DNA of 64,000 nucleotides from Nostoc sp. DedSLP01. Lineage in GTDB: Bacteria; Cyanobacteriota; Cyanobacteriia; Cyanobacteriales; Nostocaceae. Below are positions 22,977-33,351 of this stretch, one piece after another; the stretch's first letter is position 1; every line of letters begins with the position of its first letter. The stretch is from NCBI GenBank assembly GCA_034530875.2, contig JAVRCJ020000006.1:1-64000 (forward strand), read 5' to 3'. Made by a program: the position numbers and the translations under genes. Below the pieces are notes generated by a model that worked only from the letters and a program-made list of their open reading frames with translations, was not told the origin of the DNA and searched no databases.

Positions 22977-23638
22977 TTAAATTTTCCTTGACCACTTGAC
23001 CTTGATTTTCAAAAAGTTTTCAGATAAATATTGAATTTAATAAAATTAATTTGCAAAAACTCTGGTGTTTGTTTAATATTGTTTCAAATAAAACTTCGGA
23101 GCATTTTGCCTTAATTTTAGCTTATTAAAGTTTAGTAACATATAACTTCATATAAGCAAAAGTATTTACTTGCCTTAACATCATCCTTAGTTTTTAGATT
23201 TGTATAAACTACTTCGACCAAAGTAGTTTATACAAGATATTTGAAAAACTTATATGTTTTTCACCTAGTCATTGTAGATGTAGCAGAAATTGCCAAAATA
23301 TAGAGACAGCAAAAGATACAGCCATTGCTATTTCCTTAATAGATCGGATTAGCCTTGGCTATGAATCTCGTTTTGTAAATGTGATAAAGAAATTATAAAG
23401 CATAAGTGCCTGCTCTAGGAATCAGTAAACTTTAATTGCTTCTGGAGACAGATAAATTTTTGTTAAGTTTTTTAAAACTTTTTTATCATAAACTATTATA
23501 GTGATTTATATTGCCAGGGACGCCAAGCTTTCCTATGCTTAATTTGGAAGTGTTTTCTTAGCTCATTAAGATCAAGCTCTCCCCGTCAAAAATTTCAAAT
23601 AACAGTACCGATCGGATTAATTTTGTAGGAGTTCTGCG

Positions 23639-23947
23639 ATGCCAATTGCAGTTGGAATGATTGAAACGAAGGGCTTTCCAGCAGTAGTGGAAGCTGCGGA
23701 TGCGATGGTGAAAGCAGCCCGCGTCACTTTAGTAGGATACGAAAAAATTGGTAGCGCTCGCGTCACCGTGATAGTTAGGGGAGATGTATCGGAAGTTCAA
23801 GCTTCCGTGGCTGCTGGCGTGGAAGCGGCGAGAAGAGTTAATGGTGGTGAAGTTTTATCCACACATATTATCGCTCGTCCTCACGAAAACCTAGAGTATG
23901 TCTTGCCGATACGTTATACAGAGGCTGTGGAACAGTTCCGTACCTAA
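23639..23947 (+). CDS. ccmK2: Carboxysome shell hexamer CcmK2
   Basis: BMC domain, 102 aa, no C-terminal extension. Confidence 0.9.
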   Translation: MPIAVGMIETKGFPAVVEAADAMVKAARVTLVGYEKIGSARVTVIVRGDVSEVQASVAAGVEAARRVNGGEVLSTHIIARPHENLEYVLPIRYTEAVEQFRT

Positions 23948-24041
23948 AAGCTGTTTAACAAAGTAATTAGCACTTTTGTTGTTTTTTTGAGCATATCTTA
24001 AGTTTGTTCGGGGCAAAAACTTTAAATAGGGATTAAAACTA

Positions 24042-24386
24042 ATGTCGATCGCAGTAGGAATGGTTGAAACGCTGGGCTTTCCAGCAGTAGTAGAAGCTGC
24101 TGATGCGATGGTGAAAGCAGCTCGCGTAACTCTAGTGGGTTACGAAAAAATCGGTAGTGGTCGCGTAACAGTAATTGTGCGCGGAGACGTATCAGAAGTT
24201 CAAGCTTCTGTAGCCGCAGGAGTTGAATCTGTGAAGCGAGTCAACGGCGGACAAGTACTGTCTACCCACATCATTGCTCGTCCTCACGAAAACTTAGAAT
24301 ACGTCCTACCAATTCGGTATACAGAAGACGTAGAGCAATTCCGGGAAAATGTGAATGCGATTCGTCCTTTTGGTAGAAGACCGTAA
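24042..24386 (+). CDS. ccmK1: Carboxysome shell hexamer CcmK1
   Basis: BMC domain plus [13 protein letters not shown] extension. Confidence 0.9.
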   Translation: MSIAVGMVETLGFPAVVEAADAMVKAARVTLVGYEKIGSGRVTVIVRGDVSEVQASVAAGVESVKRVNGGQVLSTHIIARPHENLEYVLPIRYTEDVEQFRENVNAIRPFGRRP

Positions 24387-24392
24387 TTTGTA

Positions 24393-24695
24393 ATGCAAGT
24401 TGCCAAAGTTCGCGGCACAGTAGTTAGCACCCAAAAAGACCCAAGTCTTAGAGGTGTGAAACTACTGTTATTACAATTGGTGGATGAAGACGGAAATATC
24501 TTGCCACAGTATGAAGTAGCAGCAGATACTGTAGGAGCAGGGATAGATGAGTGGGTACTAGTCAGTCGTGGCAGTGCTGCTCGTCAAGTTGATGGCAATG
24601 AAAAGCGTCCGTTAGATGCAGCAGTGGTAGCGATTATAGATACCATTCACGTTGCAGATCGCCTAATTTACAGCAAAAAAGATCAGTATCGTTAG
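24393..24695 (+). CDS. ccmL: Carboxysome vertex protein
   Basis: MQVAKVRGTVVSTQK, GSAAR, EutN/CcmL fold motifs. Confidence 0.95.
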   Translation: MQVAKVRGTVVSTQKDPSLRGVKLLLLQLVDEDGNILPQYEVAADTVGAGIDEWVLVSRGSAARQVDGNEKRPLDAAVVAIIDTIHVADRLIYSKKDQYR

Positions 24696-24703
24696 TTAAC
24701 AGT

Positions 24704-24907
24704 TAGAGAAGTGAGGAGTGAGGAGTGAGAAGTGAGGAGTGAGAAGTTAGGAGTAAGAAGTTAAGAGTAAGAGTTAAAACTCACAACTCATAACTCATCA
24801 CTCATAACTCATAATTCATAACTCATAATTCATAACTGAAAATTGATATTCAGCAGTTAGAAGAGTGAGAGTTAAAACTCATGACTCATAACTCATCACT
24901 CATAACT
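24704..24907. repeat. Heptamer STRR arrays in opposing orientations
   Basis: GTGAGRA/GTTAGGA units followed by ACTCATA/ACTCATC units. Confidence 0.85.
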
Positions 24908-24928
24908 TAATTCAGGAGGAATCTCGCA

Positions 24929-26605
24929 ATGGTAGTCCGCAGCACGGCGGCACCCCCAACCCCGTGGTCAAGGAATTTAGCCGAACCCGACATCCATGAA
25001 ACTGCCTTTGTACACAAGTTTTCCAATTTGATTGGAGATGTACGTATAGGTGCAAATGTAATCGTTGCTCCGGGGACGACGATTAGAGCAGATGAAGGCA
25101 CACCTTTTTATCTTGGGGAAAACACTAATATCCAAGATGGCGTTGTGATTCATGGGTTAGAGCAAGGTCGAGTAGTTGGCGACGACCAAGACAAATACTC
25201 GGTGTGGATAGGCAAAAATGCTTGCATTACTCACATGGCTCTAATTCACGGGCCAGCTTATGTTGGTGACAATTCCTTCATTGGCTTTCGCTCCACAGTG
25301 TTTAATGCCAGGGTGGGTGCAGGTTGCATTGTGATGATGCACGCTCTGATTCAAGACGTGGAAATTCCCGCAGGGAAATATATACCTTCAGGAGCAATAA
25401 TTACCACCCAGCAGCAAGCTGACCGCTTGCCAGACGTGCAAGATCGGGATAAGGAATTCGCTCATCATGTGGTTGGGATTAATCAGGCACTACGAGCTGG
25501 TTATCTCTGTGCTGAGGATATAAAATGTATTGCGCCGATTCGGGATGAAATTACTAAATCTTATACAGGTAATGGTATTACTGTTTTAGAGTTGGAAAGG
25601 AGTAGTGAAGTGGCAAGTAATAGCTTGGGTGCAGAAACAATAGAGCAGTTGCGCTATTTATTACAGCAGGGATATAAGATTGGCACGGAACATGTAGACC
25701 AAAGACGGTTCCGCACGGGTTCCTGGACTAGCTGTCAGCCAATCGAACCGAAATCTTTAGGCGAAGCGATCGCTTCTTTGGAAAGCTGTTTGAGAGACCA
25801 CACTGGCGAATATGTACGCCTGTTTGGCATTGATAAAGGTAGACGGCGGGTATTGGAAACCATCGTCCAACGTCCTGATGGTGAAGCCAAACCAGCCACC
25901 ACCTTTAAAGCTCCTGCAAGTTCTAACAATAATGGCAGCTACAGCAGCAACTATAACAGCAACGGTAACGGCTCTGGCAGCGGCAAAATTAGCGGTGAAA
26001 CAGCAGAGCAAATCCGGCAACTTTTGGCTGGTGGTTATAAAATTGGCACCGAACACGTAGACGAGCGTCGCTTCCGGACTGGTTCCTGGAGTAGCTGTAA
26101 GCCAATTGAAGCAACTTCGGCAAATGCAGTGATTTCAGCCGTAGAAGAGTGTATAGACAACCATCAAGGCGAATATGTGCGTTTAATTGGTATTGACACC
26201 AAAGCCAAGCGGCGCGTGCTAGAAAGTATCATTCAACGTCCCAACGGTCAAGTAGCTTCCTCTAGTAGTGGTAGTCAGAAATCTTCATCATCATTTTCTA
26301 GCAGCAGTAGCGGGTCTTCGGCGAAGGCAACAGCTACCAGTACTCGCTTAAATTCTGAAGTCGTAGACCAGCTAAGACAATTGTTGGCTGGCGGATATAA
26401 AATTAGCGTCGAACACGTAGACCAAAGACGCTTCCGTACAGGTTCGTGGACGAGTACGGGTCAAATTCAAGCCTCCTCTGAAAGAGAAGCGATCGCAACT
26501 GTAGAAGGACTGCTTGGCGAATTTCAAGGAGAATATGTACGCTTAATTGGTATTGACCCCAAAGCCAAGCGTCGCGTATTAGAAACGATAATTCAACGTC
26601 CGTAG
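24929..26605 (+). CDS. ccmM: CcmM: gamma-carbonic anhydrase domain plus three RbcS-like repeats
   Basis: [18 protein letters not shown], three [13 protein letters not shown] repeats. Confidence 0.97.
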   Translation: MVVRSTAAPPTPWSRNLAEPDIHETAFVHKFSNLIGDVRIGANVIVAPGTTIRADEGTPFYLGENTNIQDGVVIHGLEQGRVVGDDQDKYSVWIGKNACITHMALIHGPAYVGDNSFIGFRSTVFNARVGAGCIVMMHALIQDVEIPAGKYIPSGAIITTQQQADRLPDVQDRDKEFAHHVVGINQALRAGYLCAEDIKCIAPIRDEITKSYTGNGITVLELERSSEVASNSLGAETIEQLRYLLQQGYKIGTEHVDQRRFRTGSWTSCQPIEPKSLGEAIASLESCLRDHTGEYVRLFGIDKGRRRVLETIVQRPDGEAKPATTFKAPASSNNNGSYSSNYNSNGNGSGSGKISGETAEQIRQLLAGGYKIGTEHVDERRFRTGSWSSCKPIEATSANAVISAVEECIDNHQGEYVRLIGIDTKAKRRVLESIIQRPNGQVASSSSGSQKSSSSFSSSSSGSSAKATATSTRLNSEVVDQLRQLLAGGYKISVEHVDQRRFRTGSWTSTGQIQASSEREAIATVEGLLGEFQGEYVRLIGIDPKAKRRVLETIIQRP

Positions 26606-26619
26606 TAGGGAAAGGTAAT

Positions 26620-26745
26620 AAGGAGTAGGGAGTAGGGAATAGGGAATAGGGCAGAGTAGAAAGTAGGGAGTAAAGAACTTTAAATATCTACCACTCTCCA
26701 CTCCCGACTCCCGACTCCCGACTCCCGACTCCCAACTCCCCACCC
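26620..26745. repeat. STRR arrays (GGGARTA then CCCGACT) between ccmM and ccmN
   Basis: Tandem heptamers in opposing orientations. Confidence 0.85.
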
Positions 26746-26759
26746 GAGGTTTAATTTCC

Positions 26760-27503
26760 ATGTCTGTGCCGCCACTGCGCCTCAGCAATAACTTTGATTC
26801 ATACATTAGTGGTGAGGTGACTGTTCATCCAAGCGCGGTACTCGCACCTGGGGTAATACTCCAAGCAGCTGCAAACAGCAAAATCGTTATCGGCCCGGGG
26901 GTCTGTATTGGTATGGGGTCGATTCTCCAAGTCCATGAAGGAACCCTAGAGGTAGAAGCAGGCGCAAATCTGGGAGCCGGCTTTTTGATGGTTGGTAAGG
27001 GGAAAATTGGAGCAAATGCTTGCATTGGTTCGGCAACAACAGTTTTTAATTGTTCGGTTGAACCAGGACAAGTAGTTCCACCTGGTTCGATTTTGGGAGA
27101 CACCAGCCGACAAATTAGCGAAACAAAACAACTCAATCCCTCCCCAGAGAACCCAGTTTCTACAAGCAGCCAAGAAAGCAATAATGGCTTAGGGACAGGT
27201 GAAGAAAAGGTAATTTCCTCAACTAACTTCTCGGCTTCGGCTTTTGTCGAGTTAAAAGGGCGATCGCTTTCTTTCTTTAAATCTCCCGCCACTGGTGAAA
27301 ACCAGTCTCCTCCACCCCAAAAACCTGTTAATGAGGCTGAACCTAATTTGGAACCAGCTGTCCCAGAAGAACCCAGCGAACCACCTACAGAATCCCCCAA
27401 TAGCTTCGGGACTCAAATTTATGGGCAAGGCAGCATAAACAGACTGTTGACCACTTTGTTTCCCCATAGACAATCCTTGAGCAACCCAAACTCTGACGAT
27501 TAG
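26760..27503 (+). CDS. ccmN: Carboxysome assembly protein
   Basis: Hexapeptide beta-helix plus C-terminal IYGQGSINRLLTTLFPHR encapsulation peptide. Confidence 0.93.
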   Translation: MSVPPLRLSNNFDSYISGEVTVHPSAVLAPGVILQAAANSKIVIGPGVCIGMGSILQVHEGTLEVEAGANLGAGFLMVGKGKIGANACIGSATTVFNCSVEPGQVVPPGSILGDTSRQISETKQLNPSPENPVSTSSQESNNGLGTGEEKVISSTNFSASAFVELKGRSLSFFKSPATGENQSPPPQKPVNEAEPNLEPAVPEEPSEPPTESPNSFGTQIYGQGSINRLLTTLFPHRQSLSNPNSDD

Positions 27504-27559
27504 TCCGAGTAAGTGTTAATTGTAAGTTGTCAGCTTTTTCCGTATCTTGGAAAATTCAC

Positions 27560-28354
27560 ATGGAAACATATAATCAACGGTCTATGAGTACCATGCGTTC
27601 ATCGGGTCAGTTTGACGACCTTAAGGATACTGCCTTAGGCTTAGTTTCTACTCTCAGCTTCCCAGCGATCGTAGGGACGGCGGATATGATGCTCAAATCT
27701 GCTGGAGTCCACCTGGTTGGCTATGAAAAGATTGGTAGCGGTCATTGTACCGCGATCGTCCGGGGTGGAATTGCTGATGTACGTCTTGCTGTAGAATCCG
27801 GCGTGCAAACTGCCGAACAATTTGGTCAGTTGGTTTCTAGCTTGGTGATTCCCCGGCCTTATCCCAACTTAGATATAGTGCTTCCCATCACAGCCCGTTT
27901 CACTAAATTGATGGAAGAAGGCAGTCACAGCCGTTTGAGCAATCAAGCAATTGGTTTGGTAGAAACGCGAGGATTTCCCGCGATGGTAGGCGCGTGTGAC
28001 GCCATGCTCAAAGCTGCTGATGTCCATTTGGCAGCTTATGAAAAAATTGGTGCGGGTTTGTGTACGGCGATTATTCGTGGTTCAGTAGCCAATGTTGCTG
28101 TAGCAGTGGAAGCAGGGATGTTTGAGGCAGAAAGGATTGGGGAGTTAAATGCAGTGATGGTGATTCCTCGACCGCTGGATGAAATGGAACAAACTTTGCC
28201 ATTAGCAAGCTGCTGGATAGAACAAAGCCAGCCGTTAAACTTGCCAGTGAATATTAAAGAGAAAGAGCAAGTCGCCGAAATCGAAGTGTTAAGATTACCA
28301 GATTTAACTAAGCTACCGACAAAAGTTGCAGAAGAGATATGGAATGATGAATGA
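27560..28354 (+). CDS. ccmO: Tandem BMC shell protein
   Basis: Two BMC domains; position after ccmN. Confidence 0.93.
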   Translation: METYNQRSMSTMRSSGQFDDLKDTALGLVSTLSFPAIVGTADMMLKSAGVHLVGYEKIGSGHCTAIVRGGIADVRLAVESGVQTAEQFGQLVSSLVIPRPYPNLDIVLPITARFTKLMEEGSHSRLSNQAIGLVETRGFPAMVGACDAMLKAADVHLAAYEKIGAGLCTAIIRGSVANVAVAVEAGMFEAERIGELNAVMVIPRPLDEMEQTLPLASCWIEQSQPLNLPVNIKEKEQVAEIEVLRLPDLTKLPTKVAEEIWNDE

Positions 28355-28498
28355 TGAACAATGGATAATGAATTGTGAACAATTCACACTCATTATTCAA
28401 CATTCATCGTTAGCTAGAAGGCATCTTACGCTTTTCTTATTGTTTTGATAATACCTCCTCCAATCCATAAGTAAAAGATTTTTCTTCTAATAGCGAGA

Positions 28499-28592
28499 AT
28501 AGAGTTTTATCTATCAATATTAAAACTCGTAACTTTATAGAACCATCGCTATATTATTGGCATCTGTTCAGTAATAATAGATATATATCTAT
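28499..28592. promoter_or_regulatory. Three ATAG-N8-CTAT boxes (NdhR/CcmR-type LysR motif)
   Basis: 28499-28514, 28537-28552, 28577-28592. Confidence 0.7.
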
Positions 28593-28619
28593 GAATCGCT
28601 ATTTGCAGGAGAACTCACC

Positions 28620-29558
28620 TTGAATCAAGCGACGCTGCACCAGTTAAAAGTCTTCGAGGCAGCGGCACGGCACAGTAGCTTTACTCGTGCTGCTGAGGAA
28701 TTATTTCTCACCCAACCTACCGTTTCTATGCAGATTAAGCAACTGACAAAATCGGTGGGGTTGCCATTATTTGAGCAGGTGGGAAAACGGCTGTATTTGA
28801 CAGAGGCAGGAAGGGAATTATTTGCCACTTGTCGGCAGATTTTTGATAATATAGCCCAGTTTGAAATGAAGGTGGCAGACTTAAAAGGGCTAAAACAAGG
28901 ACAACTACGGTTGGCAGTGATTACAACAGCAAAATATTTTGTCCCACGTTTGTTAGGGCGGTTTTGCGAACTGTATCCAGGAATTGATATTTCCTTACAA
29001 GTTACCAATCACGAACAAATTTTGGATCGGATGGCTCAGAATATGGATGACTTATATATCATGAGCCAAATTCCAGAAAATATGGATATAACTTGCCAAC
29101 AATTTTTAGAAAACCCTTTAATAGTCTTTGCACCACTTAATCATCCTTTATCCCAGGAAAAAAATATTCCGATACAACGTTTGGCGGAAGAACCTTTTAT
29201 TATGCGAGAACCAGGTTCGGGAACCCGCCGTGCTGTCCAAAGCTTATTTGACGAACATGGGGTGAAGGTAAAAGTTAAGCTGGAATTAGGAAGTAACGAA
29301 GCCATTAAACAAGCGATTGTTGGTGGTTTGGGAATTTCTGTTTTATCTCGTCATACTTTACTGTTGGACGCCGCAGAGTTCAGCATTTTAGATGTCCAAC
29401 ACTTCCCAATTCACCGCAATTGGTACATGGTTTACCCATCTGGTAAACAGCTATCTATTGTTGCTCGTGCCTACTATGATTATTTACTGGCTGCGGCGAA
29501 AGACATTGTAGAACAAAACGCTACTTATAGCTATAACAAGGTTGAAGCGGCTCTATAG
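28620..29558 (+). CDS. CbbR-subfamily LysR regulator (CmpR/NdhR/RbcR-like)
   Basis: ATLHQLKVF, SFTRAAEELFLTQPTVS, MREPGSGTR; directly after ccmO; TTG start with AGGAG RBS. Confidence 0.9.
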   Translation: MNQATLHQLKVFEAAARHSSFTRAAEELFLTQPTVSMQIKQLTKSVGLPLFEQVGKRLYLTEAGRELFATCRQIFDNIAQFEMKVADLKGLKQGQLRLAVITTAKYFVPRLLGRFCELYPGIDISLQVTNHEQILDRMAQNMDDLYIMSQIPENMDITCQQFLENPLIVFAPLNHPLSQEKNIPIQRLAEEPFIMREPGSGTRRAVQSLFDEHGVKVKVKLELGSNEAIKQAIVGGLGISVLSRHTLLLDAAEFSILDVQHFPIHRNWYMVYPSGKQLSIVARAYYDYLLAAAKDIVEQNATYSYNKVEAAL

Positions 29559-29776
29559 ATAATTATTGGGCATAGGGCATGGGGCATTGGGGTAAAAAAG
29601 TGGAGTTCAAAGACTCATCCGCTAATTCCAATGCCCGATGCCCTATTCCCGATGCCCCATACCCCATACCCAATTAACATATCTTTGATTTTCAATTTCC
29701 CCAAGGGGTTGACGCCTAGACCGGGAAACATTAACAATTAACCAGCATCATCATTAAAAATGGGGGAAAACTGGCA

Positions 29777-31399
29777 ATGGTTAACCCAGAAATACAGTCT
29801 TGGCGCAAAACAGTAGAAAGCGAGATTGTAGCTGTTACAGTCTACGGTGATAGAGCATTAGTTACACGGCAAGGTGTAGTTTCTTTAACAGGAATTGAAC
29901 GGGAGTTAGTAATTACCCCAGTGCCAGTGACTTTAGAAACAGAGTCTGTCAGGGTTAGCGGTACGGGTACGGTAGCGGTGCGGTTGCAGGGAGTGAGTAG
30001 CGATCGCATTTATACCACCGAACCTATAGCAGAACGTGTAGCGCATTTAACTAGGCAAATTCAGCAGCTAGAAGCAGAAAAACGCCATTTACAAGCCCAA
30101 GTCGATGCTTTAGCATTGCAATCTAGTTTTATCGAAGGCTTACGGGAAAAAACAGAAGAACCATTTTCACAGAGTTTGTCGCGAAAAAATCTGAGTTTGA
30201 GCGAAACTTTAGATTTTCTCAACTTTCTTGGCAGCCAGTATAGTGAATATGCGATCGCATCTGGAGAATGCAAAGCCCAACAACAAGAATTAGACAAACA
30301 ACTGCAAGCACTTTACGCCTCATTGCAAAAAATTCAAACACCCCATCCCAAAGAAAGTTTGAGCTTAGTTGTAGCAGTTGAAGTTGCTGGCGAAGGCGAG
30401 TTTGAACTCGAAGTATCATACTTAGTCAATCGCGCCAGTTGGACTCCGCTATATGACTTGCGCTTTAGCACTACCAGCAATATCTTGCATTTGAGTTACT
30501 TAGCAGAAATTACTCAAAGCAGCGGCGAAGATTGGATTGGTGCAGCTCTCACCCTTTCCACTGCAAAACCCGGATTAGGTACGCTTCCGCCCAAACTCCA
30601 ACCCTGGTATATTGATAGCCTACGTCTACAAATAGGGCGACAAAGATTTGCTGCACAACCACCGCTGCTGCCTAGCATAGCACCTGCTGCTGCCAGAGCA
30701 GAAATAAAAGAAGAAGAAGAGGAATTTACAGAGGATAGTCTCATTACAGCAGAAAGCGTTACCGCAGAAGTATCTAAAGAAGGAAGCGTAGTTACTTTTA
30801 AAGTAAATGGTGGTGGTAACATTCCTAGTGATGGCGCACCCCATAAAACAACAATTTTCAATGATGATTATCCTTGTAACTTTGATTATGTAGCAATGCC
30901 GCGCTTGGTAAGTTTTGCTTATCTGCAAGGCAATGTCAAAAATAGCCCCAACGGTGCAACTTTGCTACCAGGTAAAGCGAATATTTTTCGTAACGATGTT
31001 TTTATTGGGGCTACTAGGTTAGAGAATATTGCACCAGGGCAAGAATTTAAACTGAACTTAGGGATTGATGAAGGTTTAAAGATTGAGCGCGATTTAGTTG
31101 AACGTATTGTAGATAAAAGACTAATGAGCAATCAGCGCCGAATTACTTATAGTTATCGGTTGATAATTACTAATTTATTCGATGGACAAGCAAACCTGAA
31201 AGTAACCGAACAATTACCTGTTAGCCGCAACGAACAAATTAAAGTGCGTCTGATTCGCACTAATCCCCAAATTCAACTTGGTGAAATGGGAGTTTTAGAA
31301 TGGCAATTAACTCTAGCACCACAAGAACCACAAGAGATATATTACCAGTACAATGTCGAACATCCACCCGAGCTAACAGTTATTGGGTTAGATATTTAA
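29777..31399 (+). CDS. MuiA-like DUF4140/DUF4139 protein
   Basis: VTVYGDRALVTR, coiled coil, ASWTPLYDLR, LSTAKP. Confidence 0.85.
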   Translation: MVNPEIQSWRKTVESEIVAVTVYGDRALVTRQGVVSLTGIERELVITPVPVTLETESVRVSGTGTVAVRLQGVSSDRIYTTEPIAERVAHLTRQIQQLEAEKRHLQAQVDALALQSSFIEGLREKTEEPFSQSLSRKNLSLSETLDFLNFLGSQYSEYAIASGECKAQQQELDKQLQALYASLQKIQTPHPKESLSLVVAVEVAGEGEFELEVSYLVNRASWTPLYDLRFSTTSNILHLSYLAEITQSSGEDWIGAALTLSTAKPGLGTLPPKLQPWYIDSLRLQIGRQRFAAQPPLLPSIAPAAARAEIKEEEEEFTEDSLITAESVTAEVSKEGSVVTFKVNGGGNIPSDGAPHKTTIFNDDYPCNFDYVAMPRLVSFAYLQGNVKNSPNGATLLPGKANIFRNDVFIGATRLENIAPGQEFKLNLGIDEGLKIERDLVERIVDKRLMSNQRRITYSYRLIITNLFDGQANLKVTEQLPVSRNEQIKVRLIRTNPQIQLGEMGVLEWQLTLAPQEPQEIYYQYNVEHPPELTVIGLDI

Positions 31400-31852
31400 C
31401 GAAGGCAGGGGGCAGGAGGCCGTTTTTGTAACGAGGATTTATACCCCGTTCCGAAAACTTTGGACGAAGTACGGTTTTAAGCCCCATTGTTTCGATGAAC
31501 TACCCAGCTAGATATAGAGGATGAGACTTTAACTCCCTGGAGCAATGTTGCATCTGAGATTTACATCCCTTGATTGGTTTTGAACCTTAGCGTTAGTATT
31601 AGCATTAGATTGTTCGGCGATGGCCTTCTCCTGTTGGAAATACTACGAAAATATACTCCCACACAAGAATATTTAAGTTTTAATAAGCACTCCATTTCTT
31701 CACAAGTTCCTCACATTTATTTTTTTAATATCAAGATAGAAATGCTCAACTAATCTATGAATTAGTTTGAGATTTCCCAGTCTTGTGGTCTTGGGTATTT
31801 CGGCAAAAAGTAAAGAAGTATTAAAAAAACTTCAATTGTGGAATTCAAGCCC

Positions 31853-31992
31853 ACTAGAACACCGATTCATTGATAAAACACAAGGCTGATAAAACCTGTT
31901 TTAACGTCTTCTGCAACCAAACATTTCTGATTGCAACTCAACGAAACTTCATTTTTTCGTGATGATTCCGATTGCTGAATCGGTGTTCTAGT
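31853..31992. mobile_element. 140-bp MITE-like element
   Basis: Perfect 17-bp inverted ends ACTAGAACACCGATTCA / TGAATCGGTGTTCTAGT, with CTAG at both ends. Confidence 0.7.
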
Positions 31993-32213
31993 AGAAAAAG
32001 ATTTGTGTCTATCGAAAGTACAAGACACTCATGCTTTTTATTTTGCTTAATTACATCCTTTTAAGGACGTGCAAAGATAGCAGTCTTATTTATTCTGGCT
32101 GCTGAATGCGTTCCACAGCATTTTTGCTGAAAAAATAACTTTCATAATATGAGCTTCCAACGAAAGGCATTCTTTATTCCTTAAAAGAAACAATCTACTT
32201 TTCAGGGAGTTGA

Positions 32214-32813
32214 ATGAATATGAACTTTAAACAATTTGGTGTATTACTGTCTATATCTACAATTCTTGGAATCAACGTTATTGCAAACAAGGCTTTAGCT
32301 CAAGATTTTCCGAGTATTACTTTTGGAAACGCAATAGGATCGGGTGGATGTAGTGTTGAAGATCAACTTGTTGGAGCTGATGGCAGAACTTTATCCATCA
32401 TCTTGAATAACATGAGGGCAAGCAACGGTCAGCGTAAAAGGTGCATTTTACGTGTTGATACTAATATACCCGGTGGTTTTCTCGTGCAAGATGTACAGGT
32501 ACTGTACCAAGGAAGTGTTGCAGTTTTACCACTAAGTAAAGGTGTAACCTTAAGCAGAAGCTATACTCTCACGGGTGGTCCTATTGGTATACTTAGGGCT
32601 ATCCCTAAAACTACCCTGTTTAAAACTAACAATCCTCTTTTTCAAGAGCAAGATAATCTGACTGTTCTATCTCTATCTGATTCATGTGGCGCTCAAGGAC
32701 AATTCGGTATTAATATGATTGCGCAATCCTCAGCAGGAAGTGATATTACTGTTGATACAGCCGATCTCAATGCTGGGGATGTGCAACTTTATTTCGATCT
32801 AGTTCCTTGCTAA
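32214..32813 (+). CDS. Secreted DUF4360-like protein
   Basis: Signal peptide ending ALA-Q; GSGGC, RKRCIL, SCG, terminal VPC (four Cys). Confidence 0.7.
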   Translation: MNMNFKQFGVLLSISTILGINVIANKALAQDFPSITFGNAIGSGGCSVEDQLVGADGRTLSIILNNMRASNGQRKRCILRVDTNIPGGFLVQDVQVLYQGSVAVLPLSKGVTLSRSYTLTGGPIGILRAIPKTTLFKTNNPLFQEQDNLTVLSLSDSCGAQGQFGINMIAQSSAGSDITVDTADLNAGDVQLYFDLVPC

Positions 32814-32952
32814 TTTGCTTATTTTTGTGGGATTGAAGAGACTACAATTAGTAAAAAATTTTCCTATTTGACTAACCTTTAATCTCACATACTGCATGAG
32901 AAAAGCGGCAAGAAGAGAGTGTTTTAAATATTTAATGTATCGCCTTGCCTTG

Positions 32953-33068
32953 GCGACTGGAAGTCTCAGTTACACAAACAAAATTAACCTGCGTGGGTTC
33001 AAAACTTTGAGTTTTATCAGTCCACGCAGGCGTACTTACGTTGTGTAGTAGCTAATTATATGCGTCGA
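32953..33068. repeat. Degenerate Nostoc-type dispersed palindromic repeat
   Basis: TACACAAAC...CCTGCGTGG and CCACGCAGG...GTTGTGTAG arms. Confidence 0.55.
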
Positions 33069-33351
33069 AACTTTTCCCACAATTTCTAATAAGCTTTTTG
33101 AAAATAGTTAGCTGTGATTTAGCATTCGATCGCTTATTCATCCGCTAGTAGGACTAAAATTCAATTCTCAATTATGTACGATGGAGACTAACGCCAACAT
33201 TAGTGTTTGAGAGGTGTGGCTCTATCCCTGGCTTTATGTTATGAACTTTTTATAAGCTGGTATTGAATAGGGTAATTACCTTCAGCATAGATAGAGCAAT
33301 AGAACGATAAACCTTTTAATATTCCAAGTTTTTGTTGATGGAGAGTAGATT

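Noticed and set aside
24704..24907. Possible CRISPR array or coding repeat
   Set aside because: Heptamer STRR typical of Nostocales; no spacer structure
26579..27473. Minus-strand ORFs over ccmN and the STRR spacer
   Set aside because: Shadows of a well-supported gene or translated repeats
32000..32200. Possible c-di-GMP or c-di-AMP riboswitch before the DUF4360-like gene
   Set aside because: Several small hairpins are present but the conserved aptamer motifs do not match
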